Position numbers and translations under genes: made by a program. This document shows, piece after piece, positions 13,977 to 27,299 of a stretch of 64,000 bases of DNA (position 1 is its first letter; every line of letters starts with the position of its first letter). The notes under the pieces were generated by a model that saw nothing but the letters and a program-made list of their open reading frames with translations, did no database searches and was not told where the DNA came from. Source of the DNA: Octopus sinensis (taxonomy: Eukaryota); contig NC_043001.1 of NCBI RefSeq assembly GCF_006345805.1, forward strand, positions 124,620,001 through 124,684,000, read 5' to 3'.

Positions 13977-14834
13977 ATATCTATCTATCGATCTATCTAT
14001 CTATCTAGCTGCCTATCTATTTACCTTTCTATCTACATCTATCTATCTATCTTTGGCACAAAGAAGTGCGGCTCTGTCTAACTTGCGACTTGACTAGAAA
14101 CCGTACAGAAAAGAAACCCAATCACACTGGGCTCAGCCTCTGGCTCAAAACCAGTAAAAGATAAAAGATTAAAAACATGCGTATATTCCGAGTTTGGTTC
14201 TTTCACTCATTGATAGGAACCTTAAATTCGTACCCGACTTGGTCTTTCTGGTCTTTATATCTGCAATAACTAGCTGCCACATGTCCCTCACTCGCATTTC
14301 ACACTTCTGTCGAGAACACAAGAACACATTGGACGATGTGTTTTTCTGTGCATCGTGCTATGTAACTTGGAAAAGAACTTCGTGGTCACAATTCAATTGC
14401 CTCTCATCATAAATTATGAAATTACATTTGATCAGATATCAAACTTGGTGTTGGGCGAAATCTAAAACATTCACGAACCAAGAATGCGTTCACAGTATTT
14501 ACTTGGAATGCTAAACATAGCAGCCTGTCAGTTTGATATATCATATTATAAACCATGTTTTACCGCATATGACAACAATAAATTTTAAATCAATAAATGA
14601 TATGTGACTTACTGAAGCTACATCATTTTGATATTATCTATTGAAGAAGACTTCTAAGATCATATTTTCTTAATATTTGTAAATAACTAATACCCGCCGC
14701 AGGCATTAATAAATTATGCGCATCTTAGAATTTCACTTCTTTTTGATATTAAATTGCAGCCGGTTTTTAATTTCTGTGAGCATGACTATTCATTAGCGTC
14801 TAAACGATTCCTTAAAACAAGCAGGACGCCTTAT

Positions 14835-15680
14835 ATCTGCCAGATGTCACTAAACCTCCCTCACAGCTACATCATTAAATCTGATTCGTCTGACATGAAT
14901 AAACCACTTACACTTCACATCACTAAACCTCTTTCACTACACACACCACATCACCAAATCTCTTTCACCACACATACAAAACTCCCTTCACCAGATTTCC
15001 ATAAACCGCCTTCTCTATATGTCACTAACTCTTTTACCAGACACTATTAAAATTCCTTCATGACATGCAGTCGTGAACAAAAGTTAGGAACATTCTTTTC
15101 AAAAATTAAAATTGTTATGCCCAAGTACAATTCGATTCAAATATATACAACGTTGAGATATACTTGCATAATAACTAATCCAATGGGTCAATTCTAATGA
15201 TCAAAACTTTTAACCCCGTAATTATATATTGCAAATTAAATATTCTAATTTTCAGACCTATGTTCCAAACTTTTGGCCTTGAATGTATCATCAAACCCCC
15301 TTAACCTGATATCACTAAGTTTCTTTCACCAGACTTCCCTAAGCCTCCTTCCCCAGATGTCACTAAACCTTCTTCGTCAGTTGTCTCTATACATTCAACA
15401 GATTTTTAAGGAATCTCTTCTACCAGAAAACACTAAATTTCCATCACCTAAAAATCTATAATTATGCATCAGAGTATACTGTTCCTTCTTTTGCCGGAAA
15501 CATCATTAAATTTTCTTCAGAATCCTCAACGAAATTTCTTCACTTGTCATAAGTGAAACTCTTTCCTTAATTATCACAGTCCCTGAGCCATCGAGATCTG
15601 ACAAACTTCCTTCACCACAGCAATAAAGCTGCGTCTGGGAGATATTACAAATCTTCTTTCCTTAAGCTCTACTAGATGTT
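14835..15680. repeat. Degenerate ~24-bp minisatellite (consensus about atcactaaacctccttcaccagat)
   Basis: Recurrent cactaaacc and ttcaccaga motifs at roughly 24-nt spacing, interrupted by a MITE. Confidence 0.55.
15068..15285. mobile_element. Tc1/mariner-type MITE
   Basis: Imperfect TIRs cagtcgtgaacaaaagttaggaaca / tgttccaaacttttggccttgaatg, with TA on the right flank. Confidence 0.65.
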
Positions 15681-16455
15681 CTTCTTCACCAGGAGTCCCT
15701 AAATCTCTTTTATCATATTTCCACTATACTTTCTCCCCACCTGATACAAATAACCTTGCATCACAGAATCATAGCAAAACTTCTTTCGCATATAGCAACA
15801 GCAACAGACATTAGAAGCAGCTCGATGATCATTGCTGTTATTACCATCATCATCATCATCATCATTTTCCTCATCACCAAACCCTGATGACATGTTTAAA
15901 CCTACCTGTAACATTTGCTAAGTCTTACATTTTGATCGTTTATTCATAAAATTGTTTGTTCATAAAAGCCAAGAGGGTGAGCGTAAGTCTTGAAGTAGTG
16001 TACAACATTAACAATGGAACCCATATCAATGAATACATCACATAAACGGACTGAAATATATGTAATACCAAAAGAAGCCATCTACTTGCGAGGGAAAATT
16101 TGCTAAACTATGCTATCCTGAAACGGCCTTTGCCGTGAAGTAGCTTCAGTTTAACATTTTACAAATTTTATGACGTTGTATGTCAAAATATAAATATATT
16201 CTCAGTTTATATCACATACAGCTTCTCCGTAAGGAATATATCTTCTGTGTTTTTCTCTGTGTGTGCGTGTGTGTGTGTGTGTGTGTGCGTGTGTGTGTGT
16301 GTGTGTGTAATAAAATCATTTCAGCAATAGATTATATTTTAATATGCTTATGTCTAGTATGTTTCGATATATCTATAATACATAAATACGCACATCTCAT
16401 AAGAATTATATATTTATGTGCGTGTGTTTATGCACATATATATATATACGTGTGA

Positions 16456-16486
<31 letters not shown>

Positions 16487-18139
16487 CATTATTGACGCGT
16501 AAATGCATATACATAAAATTATATTCGTACAATTGCAATAAATGTAATAAATATACATACATAAGCGTGTGTATGCCTATATCTGTATGGATGTTGAATA
16601 TATAGCAATATGAACGAATTAATATATGTGTGTGTGTGTGTTATTTATTATCTTTCAGCTTTATTTCCACCTGTCAGTTTTTCTTATTATAAAACCAAAT
16701 ATATCTCATGTTTTGTTTTCTTTCCCCATATACTGCAACACCAAACAAGCAGAATCTTTTTATATGATGACATTTGGTTCGATTTTCGGTAGTTTTTCAA
16801 TACATTTTTTTTTTCTTTTGAATATTTTCTTTCTAAATTCGTTCCCACATAACTTTTGTGATAATTGTTAGTTATATTTTTCTTAACATTTGTTTATTTA
16901 TTTATATTTTTTTGTATTGTTTCCTTATTATTCATTTCAAAAAATAATTTGCGTAGCGTGTCCCTGATGTTGCTTAAAGTATTTTACCATTTTCTCAAGG
17001 AATCCTAATCTTTTATTTTTTTCTTCTTCTATTCTCGTCTTTTACATATATAATAATAGTAATAGCGAAATAGCAAAGTTTATTGTAGTACTATTATTAC
17101 CATTGGGAAAATGTTATTTTGAAATTCTTAGCTCATATATCAGATACCTTTCGTGCTTTTATGATGAACGTATAATGAAAGTATATCGTATATTTTTACA
17201 AATGTATCTTGCAAGAACCGTTTCTCTCTATTTCATCTTTGAGTCCCACAACAATGCAATGAATTACACGGTTTTCATTTTAAGCTTGTTCCTTTATCTT
17301 TTATACTACATTTTTCAACTATCCATTCACTTTTATATAACTTGTTTGCTTCGCCCCACATATTATTAAGACCATTTCAAAGTCACATGTTTCCATACAT
17401 GAATGGTGTATGTAATTGTCCTCAAGACAAACTTTTTGCGGTCTGCTCTGGATAACTTAGACTGCCAATGCTACTGAAGGGAGCTACCAATTCCGGACAA
17501 ACTCTGCAGGTACAGAAGTTCTGTAAGAAGGGTCTGCTCAAGACGAGTAGAGAATGATTTCACCGTTCTGTGCACGGTAGTCCAGTTTCTTATACAGCTA
17601 GTTTCCTGAATCATGGCGAACGATAAGAGATAGGAGGAGATAAGTAGCTACCCGTCCTCGCCGTCATCAGATTAATAACGGCGAGCAAGCCATGAAGTCA
17701 CTATTAATTAAAAAGTTTTGTACTGTAAAATTGCTGACTGCGTATAGATTTAGTAGTGGGTGATACATAGGTCTCATGTGATGAGGAGGAGGGAGATATA
17801 CCGGTGACAAGTTATGAGTTAGTAGTACGTACAATGACAATTTTCTACAAGTAGAGGCATGTATAATTCAAGAGAAAGTACTTGATGTAAAAATAGACAC
17901 GATAGTCTCTACTGGAACGCCTTTAGCCTAGGTTTGTTCTGCTATAATTACAAAACTACCATCAAATAAAGATAATATATTATACGCACATGTATGTACA
18001 TACTGTGTAATTATTACGGACATCTACGATAAACATAAAGCAATATAACAGAAGAAATGTTCATATATGATGTGTCTGATCACGCAGCAGTTATGCCATT
18101 TATTGCCTTTTATCCTGCTATGGTCGGTTAATTAATGTA

Positions 18140-18235
18140 TGCATATTTATATATGTATATATGTGTGTGTATATGTATATATATGTGTGTGTGTGAGTGT
18201 GTGTTTATATAGATATATAGATATGTGCATGTGTG

Positions 18236-18273
<38 letters not shown>

Positions 18274-18456
18274 AGAGAGACACATATACAGATATGTGTG
18301 GAAATATTGAAACATAGAAGTGTGATTGTGTGCGTAGGTATGTGTATATACACGTAAATACATATACATTTTATATGTATATATATGAATGTGAGTATAT
18401 GATAATATAATACAAGTATATACATATGTATGCATATACATTATATATATGTAAAT

Positions 18457-18516
<60 letters not shown>

Positions 18517-18546
18517 CATACATACATATATATATATGTATATATA

Positions 18547-18622
<76 letters not shown>
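18140..18622. repeat. (TA)n/(TG)n microsatellite block
   Basis: Direct reading. Confidence 0.9.
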
Positions 18623-18625
<3 letters not shown>

Positions 18626-19805
18626 CAATTGGGGAGTATTTCAGTTTACGCGTTTATGAAATCAGTCACATTCCAGCGACTATTTGGCAGGCAAGGTACT
18701 CAAGAGGAATATTGTTCAGTATTCTCAATCTATTTTCTGGTCAGTCGAGTAATCAGCGCAATTCTAACTTGTTAAATGATACTATGCACACAAACCAACT
18801 CCAGTTTTTTTCCTAACACTTGCTGCATACTTGTTACGCAGTAAAAAAGTAATAATAAAGGAAAATTAATAAATAGTTGTTAGTTCAATTCATGCCACAT
18901 GTGTTTCACTAGCACGGTAACTTATTTGAAAACGAAGATATTACTTAAATTTCCTTATAACCAGTCATACAATCAGGCGTCATGAACCATCAATAGACAG
19001 ATCTGTCTTCGAAGGTTTCAATTCCAAGAAATATGTAAAGGAATTTACCTCATTCGCACTAACAGACGTAGGGGATTAAATGATAAATACAGCTAATCAG
19101 CTAGTTTATTCACAGCTCACCACATTTCTCTGTAGTGGTGAAATTCGTTCGTATCAACAAGTACTAGACTGTAACCGCTTGTGAACCAAGAATTATGTTA
19201 ATGGCTGTAGGACAAATAAATTATAATCCAGTTGACGTGTTGGTAATACGATTTCAGTTTAAAAGATTTCAACGTCAGTATTATTCTATAAGCAAGTACA
19301 ATATCGATAAGAATAAGAATATAAGTAAGAATTTTTAAAAATTAATTAGATAATAAATAAGATAGATAAAAGCCAAAAATAATACAAATCACTTGCCTAC
19401 TGCTTAGTGCGAGGAAAATCTATGTAACGACTTCGCTTACTTCTCGTAGTGATACTAAAATATTATGTGTGTTAATACTTATACATTATATTACATTGAA
19501 TTCCCTCTATGCATATATATAAATGTGAGGAGAGCGTGTTACCTCTTAGTCACTATTTTCCCCAGGTTTACACTGGCTCGAAGTTGTAGTACCTCTCAGG
19601 TTCCCAGCAATGGGTTAACTAGCATACGTGATGAAAATTCAGGTGAGCTCGAGGACGCAGAAATACCCTTGATTGGTGTCAGGACGCGCATAAAACCCCG
19701 ATAAGAGGAGTGCCCCTAGCTATTGTTACAGCATTCATCTGGGAGAAAATGTAAAACCTGCGATTTTACGTGATTGCTTATCATCTCCTTTTTGCCTGTC
19801 CTTAG

Positions 19806-19869
19806 TCACTAATCATGGAGACTCAGGAAGTGGCGCTCGTGTTGTACAAATTTTTATCACGATAAAAAG
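19806..19869 (+). CDS. Possible small internal exon (phase 1 to phase 2) of the CNBD-like gene
   Basis: tctcctttttgcctgtccttag| ... AG|gtaaac. The only open frame reads (F)TNHGDSGSGARVVQIFITIK(R). Phases fit 12344 and 31234, but the peptide is a poor cNMP-domain match. Confidence 0.15.
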
Positions 19870-20161
19870 GTAAACTCAGTTCTTGTTCCGTGTACTGAAA
19901 GTCCTATGGCGATGCAGGAGTGGCGATGTGTGCAAACCTTAGCAATTGGAAGCGCATGAGAAAAAAAGATTGTCCATCACCTGCGCTTCAAAACTTGCAG
20001 ATCTGCAACGAGACTGAATAGTCATCGAAGAGGTCATGCACGGAATGTCAGAAATTGCATTGATAACGATAAAGTACAAGGTGACGGCAATCATCTATGA
20101 ACATTGAACAAGTGCCGTATTATTTGAGTGTGTGTATGTGTATGTATACGTCTATACATAT

Positions 20162-20315
20162 ATAAGTAAAGGTAAGGATAAGCAAGTTAGACAACTCAAT
20201 ATATAAACTATATTAAATATATGAAATACAAACAATGTACATGTTTTGTATTTCTTGTATATAATATACTTTATATATTTAATTGTCTATCTTGCTTATC
20301 CTTACCTTTACTTAT
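20162..20315. repeat. Foldback palindrome 1 (154 bp)
   Basis: ataagtaaaggtaaggataagcaag ... cttgcttatccttacctttacttat, centred near tgtaca at about 20238. Confidence 0.85.
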
Positions 20316-20389
20316 CTACCCGTTCAAATTTAAATCTCTTCAGCACTTCTAAGTGTGTTCTATACAGATAATATCTGATTCTCATCTAT

Positions 20390-20445
<56 letters not shown>

Positions 20446-20590
20446 TAGACAGATAGATACATACATACATGCATACATACATAGACAGATAGATAGATGT
20501 ATATATGTATGTATATATGTATTATGTATGTATGTATGTATGTATGTATGTATGTATGTATGTATGTATGTATTTATGTATGTATGTATG

Positions 20591-20862
20591 AATTAAGAAA
20601 TGGAGTCAAATGCAGGTGTTATTCAAATCATTTATACTTCCAGCATGTTTCGAAAAAGGCATTGAGATTATTCCGGACGCGGTAATCACATTCGGTTGAA
20701 ATATCTTATTGATGTTTTCTTCCTTGTTTTCGCTGACGGGGTGATTGCATTGTTTTACAACATTTTTATTTCCTCCGGAATAATCTCAATATTTTTTTCG
20801 AAACATGTGTTAGAAGTATAAATGGTTTGAATAACACCTGCGTTTGACTCCATTTCTTAATT
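20591..20862. mobile_element. MITE-like foldback element 2 (about 85-bp imperfect TIRs)
   Basis: aattaagaaatggagtcaaatgcaggtgttattcaaa ... tttgaataacacctgcgtttgactccatttcttaatt. Confidence 0.8.
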
Positions 20863-21066
20863 TATCCATGTTATTCAAAATTATTTCACTTAACCCTGGA
20901 ATTTCTACCTTTATAAGTAGGCTGTAATATCTTTGGCACTTATGTGAACTTTTGCTACCCTTGGAACTATTTATTATATTTTTCTTGTTATTCGTATATA
21001 CTGAAAAAATATTCATACGTTTATATGTATATATATATGTATATATATGTATATATATATGTATAC

Positions 21067-21126
<60 letters not shown>

Positions 21127-21175
21127 TGTATATATATATATATATATGCATATATACATATATAGATAGATAGAT

Positions 21176-21661
21176 ATCAAAATAAGTAACAAAGATATTT
21201 AGAGATAATGCAGTACGATCGTTTCATGCGACTCCATTTAATTGAACAATGCAATTATTTCATTACATCAATTTAAAATCTAGAGCAATCTTCAGCTGCA
21301 CAAAACATAGGATTTAATTAAATCAGAAGGACACATTAGTATAATTTTACCCAAAATCTCTAAGAGGATAAGGAGATAGGCAAAGAACATATTTTACCAA
21401 CATCATAGTTGTAACAGAGTGTTACAACTATGATGTCGTTGGTAAAACATGTTCTTTGTCTATCTCCTTATCCTCTTGGAGATTTTGGGCAAAAGTATAC
21501 TAATGTGACCTAATTTTATTAAATTCTATGTCCTTTTGCAGCTGAAGATTGCTCTAGATTTTAAATTGATGTAATGAAATGATTGCATTGTTCTATTAAA
21601 TGGAGTCGCATGAAACGATCGTACTGCATTACCTCTGGATATCCTTGTTGCTTATTTTGAT
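21176..21661. repeat. Foldback palindrome 3 (486 bp; about 240-nt arms, 3-nt loop)
   Basis: Arms pair from atcaaaataag / cttattttgat inward to gttgtaaca-gag-tgttacaac (loop 21417-21419). Confidence 0.92.
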
Positions 21662-22190
21662 TTTAACCACCTTATTTTGAAATTGCATGGATAATACCGT
21701 ACTAAATTCTGGGGCCTCAACTTAAGTACCATATTCATCTGAATCTAGACAGATAGATAAATAGATAAATAGATATGAATAAATACATTGATTTCAGTCT
21801 TAATTTCTAAGTATGAGTGTTCAGTTGTTCGATGAAATAATGTACTAGGTTCTCTGAATTAGTGTATAGGATTGGCAGGAGGGCAGTGTATTTCGCATAC
21901 ACCTGAACCCTTAATGTAATTCTAGGCGAAATCACCCTTGCACAGTATCACAAAATGATATTTTGAATTACGGGTACAATTCACCTGATGGGCTTGTAAA
22001 CAGTTTCCGTGCCTCCAATTTTACTCTCAATTAACCAGAGATTATAGAAAATAGCGCTTGCCTAAAATGCTAAGTACAAGGAAATCAACCGAAACATCGT
22101 GATTGCCAACCGATCTTCTTAACCATTCTGTCATAGAGCAGCTACAAAATATACTCACACTCACTTTCTTTCTGTCTGTTTATATGTATA

Positions 22191-22404
22191 TACTCTTACT
22201 CTCTTTTTACTCTTTTACTTGTTTCAGTCATGTGAATGTGGCCATGCTGGAGCACCGCCTTTAGTCGAGCAAATCGACCCCAGGACTTATTCTTGTACGC
22301 CTAGTACTTATTCTATCGGTCTCTTTCACCGAACCACTAAGTTACGAGGACGTAAACACACCAGCATGGGTTGTCAAGACAGACACATAGACATATACAC
22401 ACAC

Positions 22405-22441
<37 letters not shown>

Positions 22442-22602
22442 ACGAGCTTCTTTCAGTTTCCGTCTACCAAATCCACTCACAAGGCTTTGGTCGGCCCGAG
22501 GCTATAGCAGAAGACACTTAACCAAGGTGCCAAGCAGTGGGACTGAAATCGGAACCATGTGGTTGGTAAGCAAGCTACTTACCACACAGCCACTCCTACA
22601 CC
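22191..22602 (-). mobile_element. SINE family B (tRNA head, CORE-like ccttgg[g]caag region, (aaaagagt)n tail)
   Basis: Matches copies at 36684, 38593, 51705 and 61822, with an internal deletion. Confidence 0.88.
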
Positions 22603-22700
<98 letters not shown>

Positions 22701-23475
22701 GAATATGTTTACGCATAATTATATAAAAAGATATAAAGCATGCACATACGAATGGTGTGTATGTGTGTGCTTTTTGTATCTGTGTGTTACTTAAGGACTA
22801 TGAAAAATCAACGATGAAATACTTTTTACTAGAACGCCATATTTTTGTTCGATAATTTGATTCTGTTTTGGGGTAATATATTATTTTTGTCAAATCTATT
22901 CACAAAATTTTTCAGTTCTGATTTTATGTTTTTGAATACCTTAGTCTTTGTTGATTACTATTCACAGGATTACATAAACCGCCAACTTTTTTTTTTTTTA
23001 CTTTCGTTTGCTTACCTCGGATATATTGAAGTCAGTTAACTCGAAATTTTCATAGGATTACGAATTTCTGTTTGTCTTTTTGCATATATGCATCAGTAAA
23101 AAAACAATTTGGAATATGTGCATGTTTACCTAATTAATATGTATGTATATGTATATATATATATATACATTTATATATATATATATAATATATATATACT
23201 ATATATATCTATATATATATTATATGTGAGTATGTATATATATATATGTATATATATATGTATACATATATATGTACACATATATACATATACATGCATA
23301 CATATACATATATAGATATATATATATGTGTATGTATATGTATGTATGTATATATTTGTATATATATATATATGCATATATATATGTGTGTGTATATATA
23401 TGTATGTATGTATATATATATATACATATACATTCATATATGGTATACATATCTTAATATACATATATAACTGAA

Positions 23476-23684
23476 GGCGGCGAGACGGCAGAAACGTTAG
23501 CATGCCGGGCGAAATACTTTGCGGTATCTCGTCTGCCGTTACGTTCCGAGTTCAAATTCCGCCGAGGTCGACTTTGCCTTTCATCCTTTAGGGGTCGATT
23601 AAATAAATACCAGTTACGCACTGGGGTCGATATAATCGACTTAATCCGTTTGTCTGTCCTTGTTTCGCCCCCTGTGGACAATAA

Positions 23685-23686
<2 letters not shown>
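23476..23686 (+). mobile_element. SINE family A monomer
   Basis: Head ggcggcgag..tggcagaaacgttag (A box-like) and gagttcaaattcc (B box-like). Confidence 0.88.
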
Positions 23687-23728
<42 letters not shown>

Positions 23729-23767
23729 ATGTATGTAAAAGAATATACCTGTTTTTTTGTTTTTTTT

Positions 23768-24176
23768 TGCTTGTTTCAGCCATTAGACTACGGTCAAGCT
23801 GGGGCACTGCTTCCAAGAATTTTAATCGAATGAATCGGCCGTACTACTTTATTGTTTTTTAATTACTAATACTTATTCTATTGGTCTGTCTTGCTGACCC
23901 GCTAAGTTGCGAGCTGTCAACTCACCAGCGCCTGATGTCAAGCGATGGGTGGGGGTGACAAATACAGACACAAAGACACTCATATACACACACACACATA
24001 TATATTTATATAGATATATAACGGGTTTCTTTCAGTTTCTGCCTTCAGATCCACTCCACTTGGTCGGCCTGAGACTATAATAGAAGACACTTGCCCAAGG
24101 TACCACGTAATGAGACTGAAGCCGGGACAATGTGGTTGCTAAGCAAGACATCTTACCACACAGCCACGCCTGCGCC
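23768..24176 (-). mobile_element. Diverged SINE family B copy
   Basis: Recognisable head, cttgcccaagg segment and tail. Confidence 0.8.
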
Positions 24177-24703
24177 CGTACATGAAATACATTTGTATGA
24201 CCTCGCAAGCTGTATCTACTCATTACAATAATTAAAATTTTAATACCTATGAAAGCTAGATTGCATGTCAATACCTATATGGAACAGATTTTGAAATAAT
24301 TTAAAAGGTTTTGTTTTTTTTAACCGCTTAAAAATCCTATTGAACCAAACAAAAAACAGAAGGTATATTAAGAAAGAATAAGAGAAAATTGTCGACGGAA
24401 TGATGAAATTAAATGCATACTCATTTAATGGGGAAAAGGCGCCTCTATGGATTCTCTGAAGGTGAAGGGAAATTCGAGAATGTGGATTCGAAAGAAAAGT
24501 CTAATTATTACTTGTAAATAGCTAAAACTACGAAATTCATAAATCATAAACCTCTAAAATGTGGTGGTGTGAATGGAAGAAGAAATTGTGTATCTATAAA
24601 AGAAACTGCGTCTCTTTAAATATGATAATCCATTAACAGGCGTATATTGCAACCTAAATAATTAAACTAATAACAGGATAGCATAATATCGGGCCTCTCC
24701 TTT

Positions 24704-26062
24704 AATGATAATAATAATGATAATAATGAAATTATTATGTATAGTGCTTAGGTGCACTACAACTCATCAAAGGTGCACGTACAGTACATCGAATTATGTA
24801 CAAATGTCAAGAAAGTGAACAGTGTAGGAGTTATGATATACATGTTTGCATGCATATGGAGGGGCGGGATATCAGGTGTAGTGTTGACGAATTTCAGGAA
24901 GCATGGAGGTTTTAAAAGATGCAATGTTTCGGCAACTTACAAGTGATGCAGATAGTTTGTTCCATGCTTCAGCAACTCTAAATGTGAAAAAATGTTTTCG
25001 AAAGTCATGGGGACTGTGCTGTTTTCTGACCTTGTACGCATGCCCACGTGTTAGGTACATGGAGCTAAAAAAAGTACTCGAGGTGGTTGTTGGCACAATG
25101 GCTAGAAATTTTGTGGGTGTATACCAAGTCAGTTACCAGACGCCGGAGCTTCTATGCCCAGGGAAGCAAAGCGTTCAGAGTATTGTAGATGCCTGATGGA
25201 GGGCATTCGCTTGGTTGCACGTCTCGGAACAGTTTCCATGAGGTAAATGTCCTGAGGAAGACAGTGGTTCCAGACTGGTGGTTCAAATTCCAAGTTGGCC
25301 GCGCCATAAATAAATAGCGGCAGAGCGACAGACAAAGGTCTTGCTGACTGATGCGAAGACACCCACGGCCTTCTTGACAATTTTAAAGATGTGTTTTGTC
25401 CAACGCAAATCTTTGCTGGCCGTAATGCCCAGGTCACGTTCACAAGAAGACTTTTTGGTATTAGTGTTGTGGGCAGAGTATATGAACGCTGGTTTTCTCC
25501 TCCCAAAGCGCATGGTAGTACACTTGTTCACAGCCACCTTGAGTTGTCAGTCCGTGATTCATTGTTGTATTGTGACCAGGTTCGATTTCAGGAAAGATAT
25601 ATAGTGTTCAGGATCTGTCCTTTTTATCTCAAGGTACAGTTTGATATCCTCTGCATATTTCACCACTGTGGCTTTCTTTAAGTTGGCATCTATGTCATTA
25701 AGGTATGCAACAAACAAAAGGGGACCAAGAACATACCCCTGCAGTACAGCAGATGAGATATCATAGGGTGAAGAACGCTGTCCCAGAACCGTGACCATCT
25801 CTTTTCGGCTGAGAATGGACACCAACCAGTTAAAAAGAACATCTTTTACACCCATTGCAGAGAGTTTTGCTATAAGTCATTTGTGTAGCACAGAATCAAA
25901 AGCTTTTGCAAAGTCAAGGTAAACAACATCCACCCATGAGCCACCATCAGTAACCAGGTTGATGTCTTCAAGGGACTCGATAATTTGATCACAGTATCTG
26001 GAGTTAAGGATAAATCTAAATTGCGAGGGTCGGAGTAGGCTGTGAGAACTCCAGAAGTTCCA
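24704..26062 (-). mobile_element. 5'-truncated, decayed CR1/L2-group LINE (RT C-half plus 3'UTR)
   Basis: DVVYLDFAKAFDSV, LQGYVLGPLLFVAYLND, YAEDIKLY, ERDLGI, TRGHAYK, FFTFRVAEAWNKL, then an (ATT)n-like tail. Confidence 0.88.
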
Positions 26063-27211
26063 TACATACATACACACGCACACACAGACACACACATACG
26101 CATGCACGCACGCTCACACACATACACACACACATATTGTATATACGTATACAATGATTGCACGTTGTTTTTTTCTTTATTTTGTCGACTCTGCACGTGA
26201 GTCTTGAAATTAGTGAGGAAATTTCTTCATGAATCAGAATTGAAGTGCAAAATTCGAACTGAAGAAACCAGACATATAGCACTTAGTGTGTTTGATAATG
26301 CTCTAACGGATTTATTGTGCGATGGGACTTGATTCATTCAAAACCTTAATATTCTTGGGTAAATTTATAAATATTTTTTGCTAGATACATAAATGAATGT
26401 ACATGCTGATAAAAATGTACATGCTGATAAAAATGTACATGCTGATAAAAATGGGTCTGCTATATTTCTATTTTCTAATTGGTCATTTTATATACTTGGG
26501 CTTATGCATACATATACGTAGGTGTCCATCGCATGCGCGTTGTGTGTGTGCGCGTATGTTATATTGGTATGTATGTGTGCAAATGAATTCATGTAGGCAT
26601 ATGTGTGTGCATGTGTATCTGAAGATATGCATATAGGTGTGCAAGTGTATTTATATATAAATATTTCACTTAATGTGTTTATGCCGGAATATACTTTCTG
26701 TACTAGATCTCTTGTCCCCTATATATCTCTTTCATGCTCCGTCGTTTTTCACATTGTGCCACACCTGAACATACACCGCAAGTTCAAATCCCGCCGAGGT
26801 CAACTTTCGTCCTTCCGTGACTACTTAAATACAGTGACAGTCGATATGATTGGACAACGGACGAATGAAAACAAAGTTACCCTGTACAGAATTTGAACTC
26901 AGTAACAAAGCGGAAGAAATGTCCACATTTTCCTACTCTCTTACAATGTACATAATGTATGTACAATATATATATATATAATATAGATATAATATATATA
27001 TAATATATATGGTACTTAGTTTATCGACCCTGAAAGGATGAAAGGCAAAGTCGACCTCGGCGGGATCTGAACTCAGAATGTAGCGGCAGACGAAATACCA
27101 CTAAGCATTTCGCCCGGCGTGCTAACGTTTCTGCCAGCTCGCCGCCTATACCGATATACCATATACGTGCATATACCGATTTACGAATACATACACGCGC
27201 ACACAAACGCA

Positions 27212-27244
<33 letters not shown>

Positions 27245-27299
27245 CACACACACACACACCACACACACACGCACACGCACACACATATAGAGTGTGGTG

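Noticed and set aside
15923-15982. Candidate phase-1 exon ending GGTGAGC|gtaagt
   Set aside because: Weak acceptor, and the peptide (FLHFDRLFIKLFVHKSQEGE) does not fit a cNMP domain.
16745-16790. Peptide AESFYMMTFGSI resembling the cNMP motif FYIILSG
   Set aside because: No usable splice sites, and it would duplicate the strand encoded at 31234. Likely chance.
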